Positions 10,641 to 19,297 of a stretch of DNA of 64,000 bases are shown here, piece by piece; within the stretch, counting starts at the first letter, position 1; each line of letters opens with the position of its first letter. The stretch is taken from IMG/VR virus record IMGVR_UViG_3300025120_000020; one strand, 5' to 3'. The notes below the pieces were generated by a model that worked only from the letters and a program-made list of their open reading frames with translations, searched no databases and was not told the origin of the DNA. Made by a program: the position numbers and the translations under genes. Source of the stretch: a virus.

Positions 10641-10686
10641 GCTAACAATTGTTACACTAAAGTTATAAAAGTTACTTTACAACTTT

Positions 10687-12579
10687 TCAAATAGTAAACG
10701 GTATAAATGTAGACTCAGGTTTTTTCTCAGGAGTTACATTAAGAGAATCAAAATAAACTTTGGCGAACCAATTCCCTAGAATCAAAGCAGAATAAGAGTC
10801 TTTTCGTGCTCTATTCGGCCCCTTCTGTCTTCGGATGTTTTGGGGCAAGTTAAACGACTGTGAACCTTGGGGGTTGGTAGTAACCTCAATGTTAGCACAT
10901 TCTGACTTTGTAAGTTCAATGTTAGTTTTCTGTTGGTCAATAAGATCAATCATTTTTGCTCCTTTAGAAGTGGCTGTAATTTTATTATCCCACTTTATCT
11001 CATCAATTGGTAAATTACCTTTTCTTTGTCGGTCGAAGTGGTCGTCCACCGCTCTGGAGCCAAACAGTATTCTTTTATGGTCTATCGCTGCTTGCAACAT
11101 TTCATTACCACTTCTAATCCAATTGACTGTAGGTTTTCTTAAGACACAATATTTTCTCTCCTTTTGGTTATATTGGCTCTTAAATTGTGTGATGTCACTA
11201 TGCCATTGATCAGGTTTTTCTAAATCGACTTCAATCACTCCAATATTCACACTAGCCTTTTTAAACAACTCACTCTCATTACAAGAGTTGATGAACTGAA
11301 CTCCTCCATTGTAGTCACCGCATATACCCACGATATTAAAGTATTGAATAAGATACAGAAAATACCTCATATGCTCTTTTAAGGATACTCCAGCCACTGC
11401 GTAGCTATGAACAAGGCAAATCTTCTGTTCGTCCCCCAGAACCTTAAATACATGCATTGCGAAGTGGTCAGCGCTTGTGTTACCAGCCCAGTTGGGGTCA
11501 AAAGCAAGAATATATTCGTCACTTGGGTTTCCAATTACTTCAACAGCAGGAAACTCTCCATCAGCAATAGTGCAAGCTGCCATTTTAGATAATCTGAAAT
11601 AACCATCACTCTCATCTACAAATTGTGCGCCGAACTCTCGTTTAAACTGCATCTCAGACATAGTGGCCTTCGCCTGTTTAAGCAGGTTCTGATCGTAAAG
11701 TCTTGTCGGAGCACAGTCGTAACTTAATTGCATAATTAATCTATATGCATCATCAGCCGCTTGTTCTTCATCATCATTATCTCTGTCGAACTCTCCGAAG
11801 ATAAGACCCTCATACTTTTTGTAGAGTTTATACATATATTCGAATTTGAATGACGGAGATGAAAGTATTATCAACTTGTTATTTGGCCATACATACCTAT
11901 CATTCTCTTTCAGCTCGCCCTTGTCGATAAGGCGGGATTCTAGTTTATGTAGTTCCTCCCTTTCAATAGGATTCTCTACAACTCCAAGGAATGGTATGAT
12001 AACTTCATTGAATATCTTTTCTGGTATTGTTAAGAACTCATCTAACACTATCCTATTAAATCGAAATCCACGAAGTCGTTCTCCGTTAGCTAATGGCAAA
12101 GCTATTGCGCGACTATTATTAATTTTCAAAGTCCACTGGTCAGTTCCTTTTGTTATTTTAACTCCACATTCTTTTGCGAGCTTTGCCTCTGGCTTACAAA
12201 GGATATCTTCCATCTTCTGGAAGATTTGTTTTGACTGCCTAAAGCTACCTGCAATAACACCTATATTTGCATTAGGGTTTAACAAACATTCAAGTAACAC
12301 ATAAATGGCTGTAGAGAAAGTCTTAGACATACCACGGGAGAATACGAACATTGAATAGTCCGATACCATCATCCCTTTGATGGCCATAGCCTGAAATGGG
12401 AATAACTTTACCCCCAAAAATAATTCGGAGGTAAATGCAATATTAGCTCTTAAAAACTTATATAATAAATACTTAGCTTCCTCGTCAGGCAAGTCGCCAT
12501 CAAGTGTTTTTAAATATGTATTAAGCTCGTTCGCGGAATAATCATTTCGATACCGCTGTTTTCCTTTCTGCCATGCCAT
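10687..12579 (-). CDS. terL: Terminase large subunit (#1)
   Basis: Q-motif LFPFQ, Walker A SRGMSKT, LRGFR, Walker B IVLDE, coupling motif LSSP, nuclease LAFDP and KDSYSA. Confidence 0.9.
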   Translation of the reverse strand: MAWQKGKQRYRNDYSANELNTYLKTLDGDLPDEEAKYLLYKFLRANIAFTSELFLGVKLFPFQAMAIKGMMVSDYSMFVFSRGMSKTFSTAIYVLLECLLNPNANIGVIAGSFRQSKQIFQKMEDILCKPEAKLAKECGVKITKGTDQWTLKINNSRAIALPLANGERLRGFRFNRIVLDEFLTIPEKIFNEVIIPFLGVVENPIEREELHKLESRLIDKGELKENDRYVWPNNKLIILSSPSFKFEYMYKLYKKYEGLIFGEFDRDNDDEEQAADDAYRLIMQLSYDCAPTRLYDQNLLKQAKATMSEMQFKREFGAQFVDESDGYFRLSKMAACTIADGEFPAVEVIGNPSDEYILAFDPNWAGNTSADHFAMHVFKVLGDEQKICLVHSYAVAGVSLKEHMRYFLYLIQYFNIVGICGDYNGGVQFINSCNESELFKKASVNIGVIEVDLEKPDQWHSDITQFKSQYNQKERKYCVLRKPTVNWIRSGNEMLQAAIDHKRILFGSRAVDDHFDRQRKGNLPIDEIKWDNKITATSKGAKMIDLIDQQKTNIELTKSECANIEVTTNPQGSQSFNLPQNIRRQKGPNRARKDSYSALILGNWFAKVYFDSLNVTPEKKPESTFIPFTI

Positions 12580-13495
12580 GAACTTTTTTCTCTAAATGAT
12601 ATTGAACGTCAACGTGCCATAGACGTTGCCCGTGATGTAGTATCTTGGGGATAATCTTCTTCGCCCCCGCTCTTGAGTAAGCAAAAACAAACTGTATGTT
12701 TTCTGGGTAGTCTATCATCAGACTACGAACATTGTGCCACAAGTAACCTAAATTCGATTTGAACTTTGATACTTTGTTTTCTTCCTCGATTTTTTTAATA
12801 GACGACTCGACAACAATGAACATGTAAGAATTAAACTGGACACAACGATCCATTTCGCGCCTGAATCTTTTAATATCTTTTCCGAAAGTTTGTCTAAAAT
12901 CATCTTGAGCTTTTCTATCTACAAAGGTTTTTGAGTAGTATTCTCCAGCAGCAGTATAATCACCGAAGTCTAACTTGTTCTTTACACTATTATCGAAGTT
13001 AAGGGGCTTTTGTTCTCTAGTATCCACGAATATCTGCATGTCTTTACTTTCTTGCTCCCAGAAGTTTTTAGGTAAATTCTTAGTAAACCAAGATTTTATT
13101 CCCAAGTCCTCAGAGAACTCAGAGTAAGACCTCCACATTTTGCGGTAGTAATCTATATTAGGCATTTGAGCCAGCATGTAATATAAGTCTGGTGGAGTAA
13201 ACTTTACATCCTTATTTTTAAATCTTTCGCGAGTGTAATTGATTAAGTGATTTTTTGCTTTGATAGGAGAGGTTGTCTTTAACCAAGATAAATAATTATC
13301 TACATTGTTAAAGTCTTCTGAAAAATATTGGTCGTAGTTTTTGAATTGTAGTAATTCGTTTGTGTAAAGATCTCGTTTGCCATAGTATTCCACATAATAT
13401 TCCCCAATGGAAGTGCTATGAGCTTTAAGGTGGGCGTGAAAGCTTCTACGATTATCGAAGGACTTACCACATACTCTGCAAACAAATTCACTCAT
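12542..13495 (-). CDS. C2H2 zinc finger plus ERCC4/XPF-type nuclease
   Basis: CRVC...HLKAH zinc finger; VDTREQ, LDFGDY and VDRKAQDD match the ERCC4 GDxnERKxxxD pattern. Confidence 0.75.
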   Translation of the reverse strand: MSEFVCRVCGKSFDNRRSFHAHLKAHSTSIGEYYVEYYGKRDLYTNELLQFKNYDQYFSEDFNNVDNYLSWLKTTSPIKAKNHLINYTRERFKNKDVKFTPPDLYYMLAQMPNIDYYRKMWRSYSEFSEDLGIKSWFTKNLPKNFWEQESKDMQIFVDTREQKPLNFDNSVKNKLDFGDYTAAGEYYSKTFVDRKAQDDFRQTFGKDIKRFRREMDRCVQFNSYMFIVVESSIKKIEEENKVSKFKSNLGYLWHNVRSLMIDYPENIQFVFAYSRAGAKKIIPKILHHGQRLWHVDVQYHLEKKVHGMAERKTAVSK

Positions 13496-14550
13496 AACAA
13501 CTCTTTTTTAGATATACCAAGCACTCGTGCTTTATAGTCATCCATATTCTCTAGTCTATCAGCCTCTTCTTCAATTAATTTGTTTTGAAGTTCAGCCATC
13601 ATGATCATACGGTCTCTTTCTTCACGATCTTGAAATGCTTCTACCAGAGCAAAGATAGATCCATTTTCTTCACCTTTAGCTTTCAGTCTTGCGGTTCTAG
13701 ATCCATTCAAGTCTTTCGTTAGGGATTCGATGCGCTTCTCGCACTGGTTAAGCTCTTCGCTGGTGGCCTTGATAATCTCCGTCAGACGCATTGTGATGTC
13801 CCTTTCGTTGTCTTGGTCGTCTAGTAGTGCATTAAGCTTGTCAATACGCATCTGGATGTGTTTCTGGCGCACGTAGTTAGCACATACGGTCACATATAGA
13901 TTCAATTCGTCGTTAGTGAGGTCAGGCTTGTCCCAAATAGCACGGACGAACTCACTTTCGAATAAATTTCTGTCAGCTAGAGTTGAATACTGATTAATAA
14001 AATGATTGAAGCGAGGGCTTTTAAAATAAAGAATTAATTGCTCTACTAGTTTCTTTTGTTTTGTTTGGAGGGTTAGTTCTTCTAGGGTAGCTCCACAGAA
14101 GTTGTTTATCTTAACAATTGCTCTGTTTATAGACTTGGGAGGAGTCCACTTCTCTTTTGTAACAATTTCGTTATCGTCTACAATCTCTGGCCGATAAGTT
14201 TTTAAGAAATCGACAATAACCCTGTGCTTCATGCTCAAGGGTTGAACGTCACGGTCTTTGAAGGTGAGTCGGGCAATTTCTAGTGCATTCATCCCAACTT
14301 CAATATTGTCAGTCATCAAGAACTCTTTTTGTTCCCTATTTAGATGAACCTGCTCTACTTTCGGGGCAAGTGATGTATTTGCTTTTTTGTCTTGTCCAGC
14401 TAAGAACTTCCTCACTGCACGGCCCTGTTTCGATCTCCCATCAATATCCTCGTCATTGAATACTTTGCGGGTAATAAACATCAAATCGGGGTTTGTTTTA
14501 AACAATTTAAGAATTTCCTCTTTCTGCTCTTCTGTTAAATCATATATCAT
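13492..14550 (-). CDS. Hypothetical coiled-coil protein (terminase small subunit candidate)
   Basis: 352 aa, helical, two genes upstream of TerL. Confidence 0.4.
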   Translation of the reverse strand: MIYDLTEEQKEEILKLFKTNPDLMFITRKVFNDEDIDGRSKQGRAVRKFLAGQDKKANTSLAPKVEQVHLNREQKEFLMTDNIEVGMNALEIARLTFKDRDVQPLSMKHRVIVDFLKTYRPEIVDDNEIVTKEKWTPPKSINRAIVKINNFCGATLEELTLQTKQKKLVEQLILYFKSPRFNHFINQYSTLADRNLFESEFVRAIWDKPDLTNDELNLYVTVCANYVRQKHIQMRIDKLNALLDDQDNERDITMRLTEIIKATSEELNQCEKRIESLTKDLNGSRTARLKAKGEENGSIFALVEAFQDREERDRMIMMAELQNKLIEEEADRLENMDDYKARVLGISKKELL

Positions 14551-15227
14551 TATATATCCTCCTCTTTTACTAACTTAGCTGCTATATTGTAAAACTTCTT
14601 CTTCAGGTTGTTTATTTGTTTGTATCTAGGTGTCTTTCTTCTACTTGTATCTCGCTTGAACCCAAACTTCTTAGCAACCTCTGCTTCATCTACGTGATCT
14701 ATAAACAAAAGCTTATATATCTCTTTATGCTTGTCGTTTAACTCAGCCATAACCAAAAGATGTATCTTGGACGTTTTCTTATCATAGTCCAATTCATCTT
14801 CATTTATTCTATCTTTAACCGATATTAAAGCATCTAAAGAGACTGGCATCTTTAAATGAAACGCGCTTTGTTTTTTATTCTTCCATTTAGCGAAGTCCCC
14901 ACACTCTTCGTCCTGCTCCTTGCTTTTAGTAAAGCTACACTCATCTCCACCTAAATAAAAAGAACACCGCAAACACGGTTTAGCGAAGTTCCCATAATGA
15001 TTCCTTATCAGATTCTTTATCTGATTACTAATCAACATAGAAGCCCAAGGCTTAAATGCTCTCTTCTGATCCCACAAATGCCACTTTTTATAGATATGAG
15101 TGCGGATTATTTGAGATACATCATCATAATCCAACCAAGCTATGGAATTAAGTTGCCACTTGGTTCTATACCTACTTAAAAGTTCTTCTATCTCTGGAAT
15201 AAGGTCTTCATACCTTTTATCCATCAA
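14550..15227 (-). CDS. Phage sigma-70/ECF-like factor with a Cys-rich insertion
   Basis: Region-2-like YDDVSQ...FKPWASMLISNQIKNLIR and region-4 HTH EAEVAKKFG; CxxC...C...C lies between them. Confidence 0.7.
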   Translation of the reverse strand: MMDKRYEDLIPEIEELLSRYRTKWQLNSIAWLDYDDVSQIIRTHIYKKWHLWDQKRAFKPWASMLISNQIKNLIRNHYGNFAKPCLRCSFYLGGDECSFTKSKEQDEECGDFAKWKNKKQSAFHLKMPVSLDALISVKDRINEDELDYDKKTSKIHLLVMAELNDKHKEIYKLLFIDHVDEAEVAKKFGFKRDTSRRKTPRYKQINNLKKKFYNIAAKLVKEEDI

Positions 15228-15591
15228 TGTCTTGAATTCTAGATGAAGCGCAATCAGCTTGGCTCTGTTTAATCATAGCGTCACCCTCGGGCAAATTTGC
15301 TGCTGGCCTAGAAGTCCTACTCCTATTGGCATCTTCAGGAGTGGCAGATTTCCAGAGATCAGTTAATGTAGTGTTCTGCGAGCTAGCTTCTGCTACAATG
15401 TCTCTCTTCATTTTTTTCAAATCAAAGGAACGAGGACTCTCTTCCTCATAATCAATTTCAGCAACAGCTTCTCGTCGAGCTGGCGCGGGTGCTGCCGCTC
15501 CAATCGACGAACCACACGCCGAACAAAACTTGGGTTTGGTCACCTCATACACGTTTTTTTGACCGCAGGATGAACAGAAAACTTTATTCAT
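15217..15591 (-). CDS. Zinc-ribbon protein
   Basis: FCSSCG...KFCSACG. Confidence 0.65.
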   Translation of the reverse strand: MNKVFCSSCGQKNVYEVTKPKFCSACGSSIGAAAPAPARREAVAEIDYEEESPRSFDLKKMKRDIVAEASSQNTTLTDLWKSATPEDANRSRTSRPAANLPEGDAMIKQSQADCASSRIQDIDG

Positions 15592-15599
15592 ATGAAATT

Positions 15600-16274
15600 T
15601 TATTGATTTGGGGCTAATAATTCAATTTTTTCTACAAGATATGTAATAATTTTATCTCTTATCACATCTTCCTTACTAAACTCTACACTATGCACCCCTT
15701 TTTTGGAACTTTGCTCGTCTTTAAACAAATTAGCCAACTTAGTAAACCCACTACTCCTAATGTCACTCTGCAAACTATCCCCACACACAAATAACCTACT
15801 GCCACGACCAATCCTTGTAAGCACAGTAGTCAACTCTCTCACACTCATATTCTGAGCCTCATCCACAATCACAATCTTATCCCGCCAAGTGCATCCGCGC
15901 AAAAAGTTAATCGGCTCCGCTTCTAATACTCTTTTGTTTTTTAACTGGTCTTTCTCTGGCTTGTTCAATAACTCGTCAATCTTATCAAGTAACGGAGCCA
16001 TATATGGCCCAAACTTATCATCCATATCACCTTTCAGAAAACCTATCCCCCTATCCGCACTCTCCACAACACTACGCAAATACAATATTTTTAAGTTTTT
16101 GTCGTTATTATACAAATCTAAGGCACTATAAACAGAAAGAAATGTCTTAGCCGTTCCTGCTGGCCCACCCAGAAATACAATCCGAGTATTGTTGTCTGAC
16201 ATTATGTCATAGAATTCTTTTTGTTTTTTTGTTAATTCAATATGACCCAATAACAAGCTGCTGTCTTTTATCAT
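15600..16274 (-). CDS. phoH: PhoH-family ATPase
   Basis: GPAGTAKT, GFLKGD, FLRGCT, IVDEAQN, LTRIG, GDSLQSD. Confidence 0.93.
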   Translation of the reverse strand: MIKDSSLLLGHIELTKKQKEFYDIMSDNNTRIVFLGGPAGTAKTFLSVYSALDLYNNDKNLKILYLRSVVESADRGIGFLKGDMDDKFGPYMAPLLDKIDELLNKPEKDQLKNKRVLEAEPINFLRGCTWRDKIVIVDEAQNMSVRELTTVLTRIGRGSRLFVCGDSLQSDIRSSGFTKLANLFKDEQSSKKGVHSVEFSKEDVIRDKIITYLVEKIELLAPNQ

Positions 16275-16499
16275 TTCTTTTTATTTATTACACGGGTTTA
16301 GCTTTTGTTTTGTTTTATTCTGTGGCGCACCGCCACTTTTAATATGAAAAATAACTTCTTTATAGTGTTCACCACCCCCCGCGCTGTATGCGTCAAGCAC
16401 AAAAGTCAAAAAGTTTCAGAAAACCCCTCCCCTAAAAAAAAATACATTTATATGCAGAAAAAGCTTTTTGTTTACCCTGATCTGTGATAAAATACACGC

Positions 16500-16775
16500 A
16501 TGGCAACGATATACTTCTCAGGAGGAAAAGCGAAACACGCAAACGAAATCAAGAGTTTCGTCATCATCTCGAAAACCGCTGAAGGCAAAGAGGTTGTTTG
16601 GGGCGAGACCACAAACACTAAAACAGTTGAGAAATTGAGAAGTGGTCAACACTGGGCTTTCCCCGAAGGGAAGTTCGTTCGCGTCGAGGAGTTTGAGAAC
16701 GCAAAGGCTTCTTGGGCTTCCAAGCATGGAGAAAGGCTGGAACTTCTTTATGGTCGCAACTCCCGACCCCGTTAA
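16500..16775 (+). CDS. Hypothetical early protein (leaderless)
   Basis: First gene after the strand switch, with TAAAAT 6 nt before the ATG. Confidence 0.6.
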   Translation: MATIYFSGGKAKHANEIKSFVIISKTAEGKEVVWGETTNTKTVEKLRSGQHWAFPEGKFVRVEEFENAKASWASKHGERLELLYGRNSRPR

Positions 16776-16804
16776 AAAAAGTTTTCTTTTTATACGAAAA
16801 GAGC

Positions 16805-16833
16805 TTGCACCAATCAGAAAAATAAAGTAGAAT
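16805..16833 (+). promoter_or_regulatory. Sigma70-type promoter, leaderless transcript
   Basis: TTGCAC-17 nt-TAGAAT, then 6 nt, then ATG at 16840. Confidence 0.75.
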
Positions 16834-16839
16834 TCACAC

Positions 16840-17031
16840 ATGACCGCAACCGAAGAAGCACTAGCAGCAATGGCAAAAGCAGAAGCAGGATGGGACAAAT
16901 TAGCAGAGGAGACCGTTGAGGTTTCTGGCCAGTTCCAGAAAGAATGCCAAGAGTTCCGAAAAGAGCAAAGGGAATGGTTCCTTGAAAATGTGCCTGACCA
17001 GCCGAAGCAAGACCCTAGATTCCTAGCCTAA
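16840..17031 (+). CDS. Hypothetical protein, paralog of 19298-19450
   Basis: Shared AM.KAE..WDK.....EVSGQFQKECQE. Confidence 0.7.
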   Translation: MTATEEALAAMAKAEAGWDKLAEETVEVSGQFQKECQEFRKEQREWFLENVPDQPKQDPRFLA

Positions 17032-17058
17032 AAAATAACAAGTAAGAAAACTACCATT

Positions 17059-17283
17059 ATGAATCTCCACAATTTCAAATATCAGTCCCCAATGGGGAAA
17101 GCAATCTTGATTCTCACCTATCCCATTCTCTTCCCTCATCACATTGGGGAGTTGATGCGTGAGCGAAAGTTGAAGCGAATTATCCGCAAGGGCATCGCGG
17201 ATGCATGCAAAGAGCCGCAGGGCGTGACTGCGGAAATCGTCAACGAAGCCTCGTGCGAACTCCGCATGATTTACGGCAAGTAA
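17059..17283 (+). CDS. Hypothetical protein
   Basis: 74-aa ORF directly upstream of the mini-tmRNA. Confidence 0.55.
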   Translation: MNLHNFKYQSPMGKAILILTYPILFPHHIGELMRERKLKRIIRKGIADACKEPQGVTAEIVNEASCELRMIYGK

Positions 17284-17289
17284 AAAGTT

Positions 17290-17355
17290 GGGTGGCCAAT
17301 GGTTTCGACGGGACGCGAGTCTCGGATGGGGGTTCGATCCCCCCGCCATCCACCA
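17290..17355 (+). ncRNA. ssrA-like: Mini-tmRNA: tRNA-like domain only, no mRNA/tag domain
   Basis: Acceptor GGGTGGC/GCCATCC with G3-U70, A73 and encoded CCA; stemless D-loop with GGTTTCGAC; helix CGGGAC-GCGA-GTCTCG; GAT; T-arm GGGGG-TTCGATC-CCCCC. Confidence 0.85.
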
Positions 17356-17403
17356 AAAAAAATACTTGACACGTTGAGTTTTTATGTTATAAAAAAAATC
17401 GCT

Positions 17404-17480
17404 CTAACTAACTGAGTATCAACGAGTTACGGGGAAGCGCCCCGCCCCCGCCCGTAACTGACTGAGTATCAACGACTTAC
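17404..17480 (-). repeat. 77-bp bipartite palindromic element E1 (GC box C-rich on +)
   Basis: CTAACTAACTGAGTATCAACGAGTTAC / GGGGAAGCGCCCCGCCCCCGCCC / GTAACTGACTGAGTATCAACGACTTAC (27/23/27). Confidence 0.95.
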
Positions 17481-17596
17481 GAAGGTTTTTTCTATATCAA
17501 AACAAGCCATCGTGTCAAGCCCTTTTAAATAAAAAAAAGATTAAATATATGCAGAAAAAGCTTTTCTTTTGTGAGATTCTCCTGTATACTATGCCC

Positions 17597-17842
17597 ATGT
17601 CCGACACTACTACATCACCAACGTTCCGCACCTACAAGACCAAGCATCTGATTCTCTCGGTCTACCGCACGGGAATGACTTACTTGCACATCTCTGTAAA
17701 AAATAGCCAGTGGAGTCGCTATAAGTTCCAAGCTATCACCCGCGAGCAAGCAGCTAAAGCCCTCCTTGATATCCGCGCAGCCAAACGCGCAGCCAAGAGA
17801 GTAGAGGCCGAAGCCCTTGTTTCTGTCGCTTCTTACCTCTAA
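17597..17842 (+). CDS. Hypothetical early protein
   Basis: Start reassigned to MSDTTTS, 6 nt after TATACT. Confidence 0.6.
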   Translation: MSDTTTSPTFRTYKTKHLILSVYRTGMTYLHISVKNSQWSRYKFQAITREQAAKALLDIRAAKRAAKRVEAEALVSVASYL

Positions 17843-17898
17843 AAAAGATCAAAATAATCCTTGCACCAACCCCAAATCTAGACTATAATTCTCTCGTT

Positions 17899-18234
17899 AT
17901 GAAAAACACCACTACCACTACCACCACCCGCTTCGATCACGCCCTCTATGGACTCAGTGACGAAGACCTCAAGACTAAGCTCACCAATCGCGTGGTGACT
18001 TACTTCAACAGCGACGAATCCTCTGTCAAAAATGACGGCGTTCGTCAGTTCGTGATCAAGTCAATCGACTACACTGGTCACGCCAAAGGATCGGGTCGTC
18101 GCTACATCCAAGGCGAGGTTCAAGACCTCGACGATGGAGGCAAGACCAAGTTCCGCACTCTGCACGTTGCAGGGATCGAAAAGGTGAAAGGTCGCGTGGC
18201 GACCGCTTACCAGCTAGCCAAATCAGTTTTCTAA
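17899..18234 (+). CDS. Hypothetical protein (SH3/WYL-like?), paralog of 18879-19097
   Basis: TTGCAC-17-TATAAT promoter at 17861-17889; C-terminal FRTLHVAGIEK versus FRTLYFSRIEK. Confidence 0.65.
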   Translation: MKNTTTTTTTRFDHALYGLSDEDLKTKLTNRVVTYFNSDESSVKNDGVRQFVIKSIDYTGHAKGSGRRYIQGEVQDLDDGGKTKFRTLHVAGIEKVKGRVATAYQLAKSVF

Positions 18235-18248
18235 TGGTGTGTGTGTCT

Positions 18249-18286
18249 ACCCGTCAGTCTCTTCGGAGGCTGGCGGGTTTTTTTTT
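18249..18286 (+). terminator. Intrinsic terminator
   Basis: ACCCGTCAGTCTC-TTCG-GAGGCTGGCGGGT followed by a T tract. Confidence 0.85.
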
Positions 18287-18341
18287 GATTTATATGCAAA
18301 AAGATCTTGCGCGTGATTCTTTTTTCGAGTATACTATCGGC

Positions 18342-18569
18342 ATGGCAACAGTAACACAAAACCACTTAGCAGACTTAGCATATCAAGCAGGACTCCGAGG
18401 TCATGAGAGTATCACCTGCCCCCGTTCATACCTTGGCTGGGTAATCCCAGAAATGTTCGAAGATGGAGCGATGGCCTTCGGGATCTGGAGGCACTTCTGG
18501 GCAGAGGGTGAGCGGGTCGAGAGGGAAGCTTGCGCTCGCGATTACGATGACAGTCGATTGGATTACTAA
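18342..18569 (+). CDS. Hypothetical early protein (leaderless)
   Basis: TTGCGC-17-TATACT, 6 nt, then ATG (MATVTQNH); terminator follows. Confidence 0.65.
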   Translation: MATVTQNHLADLAYQAGLRGHESITCPRSYLGWVIPEMFEDGAMAFGIWRHFWAEGERVEREACARDYDDSRLDY

Positions 18570-18584
18570 TCCGCACCACACAAG

Positions 18585-18609
18585 GCTCCCGAAAGGGAGC
18601 TTTTTTTTT
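18585..18609 (+). terminator. Intrinsic terminator
   Basis: GCTCCC-GAAA-GGGAGC followed by T9. Confidence 0.9.
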
Positions 18610-18668
18610 GAATTAAATTAATCTTTTGTGTTGACATCCGCGAGAAAACAGTTAATAAAAAAATCCTC

Positions 18669-18745
18669 CTAACTCACTGAGTATCAAGGAGTTGCGGGCG
18701 GGGGCGGGGCCGTGGCCCCTAACTCGTTGAGTATCAAGGACTTAC
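18669..18745 (+). repeat. 77-bp element E2 (G-rich on +)
   Basis: CTAACTCACTGAGTATCAAGGAGTTGC / GGGCGGGGGCGGGGCCGTGGCCC / CTAACTCGTTGAGTATCAAGGACTTAC. Confidence 0.95.
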
Positions 18746-18878
18746 AACGTTTTTTTCTTTATAGTAAACAAGGAGAGAGTCAAGCCTAAAAATAAAAATA
18801 AATGCTGTCTGACAGATTAAAAAAAGATTAAAATACATGCAGAAAAACCTTTTAATCTCTGAGTTTTTAGAGTAAAAT

Positions 18879-19097
18879 ATGCACATGACCAACCAAGACA
18901 ACATCACCCGCCTGATCAAGAAGCAGTTTGTTTACACCACTTCTAACAATGGAAATCTTCGCATGTATCAACTTCGCGGGGTTGAGCATTCCACCAAGGA
19001 CTTCGCAGTTTGTAAAGTGGTTGACGTAAGTCACGACAGCAAGACGGGCGACGAGGAAATTTTCAGAACTCTCTACTTCTCACGCATAGAAAAATAA
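18879..19097 (+). CDS. Hypothetical protein, paralog of 17899-18234
   Basis: Shared C-terminal motif; the real start is probably the ATG at 18885, 6 nt after TAAAAT. Confidence 0.6.
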   Translation: MHMTNQDNITRLIKKQFVYTTSNNGNLRMYQLRGVEHSTKDFAVCKVVDVSHDSKTGDEEIFRTLYFSRIEK

Positions 19098-19163
19098 TTA
19101 AAAAAACATTTAAAAAGGGCTTGCGCCCATCCCCCAAATCCTTTATACTCCCCCCAGTAAGAA

Positions 19164-19277
19164 AGCTCTATAGTTTAAAAAGTAAAACATTCTCCACGGC
19201 CTCTCCAATCATAAGCCACCGCAACCCAAATGGTTCGGGCGAGAAAGACAAAGGTGCAATTCCTTTTAGAGCAACCA
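19164..19277 (+). ncRNA. tRNA-like RNA with a 46-nt expanded anticodon loop
   Basis: Acceptor (A)GCTCTA/TAGAGC(A)-A-CCA; D-arm GTTT/AAAC; stem TTCTC/GAGAA; T-arm AAAGG-TGCAATT-CCTTT; own promoter TTGCGC-17-TATACT at 19121-19149. Confidence 0.75.
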
Positions 19278-19297
19278 ATTTTCCAGACACAAACACT

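Noticed and set aside
17290-17355. ssrA fragment as a prophage attachment site
   Set aside because: att duplications keep one end of the gene; here both ends are joined by a closed hairpin and no integrase is adjacent.
19121-19297. ORF-track 5' extensions such as 19121, 17549, 18234, 21330 and 32620
   Set aside because: They run through promoters, terminators or RNA genes; downstream ATGs fit better.
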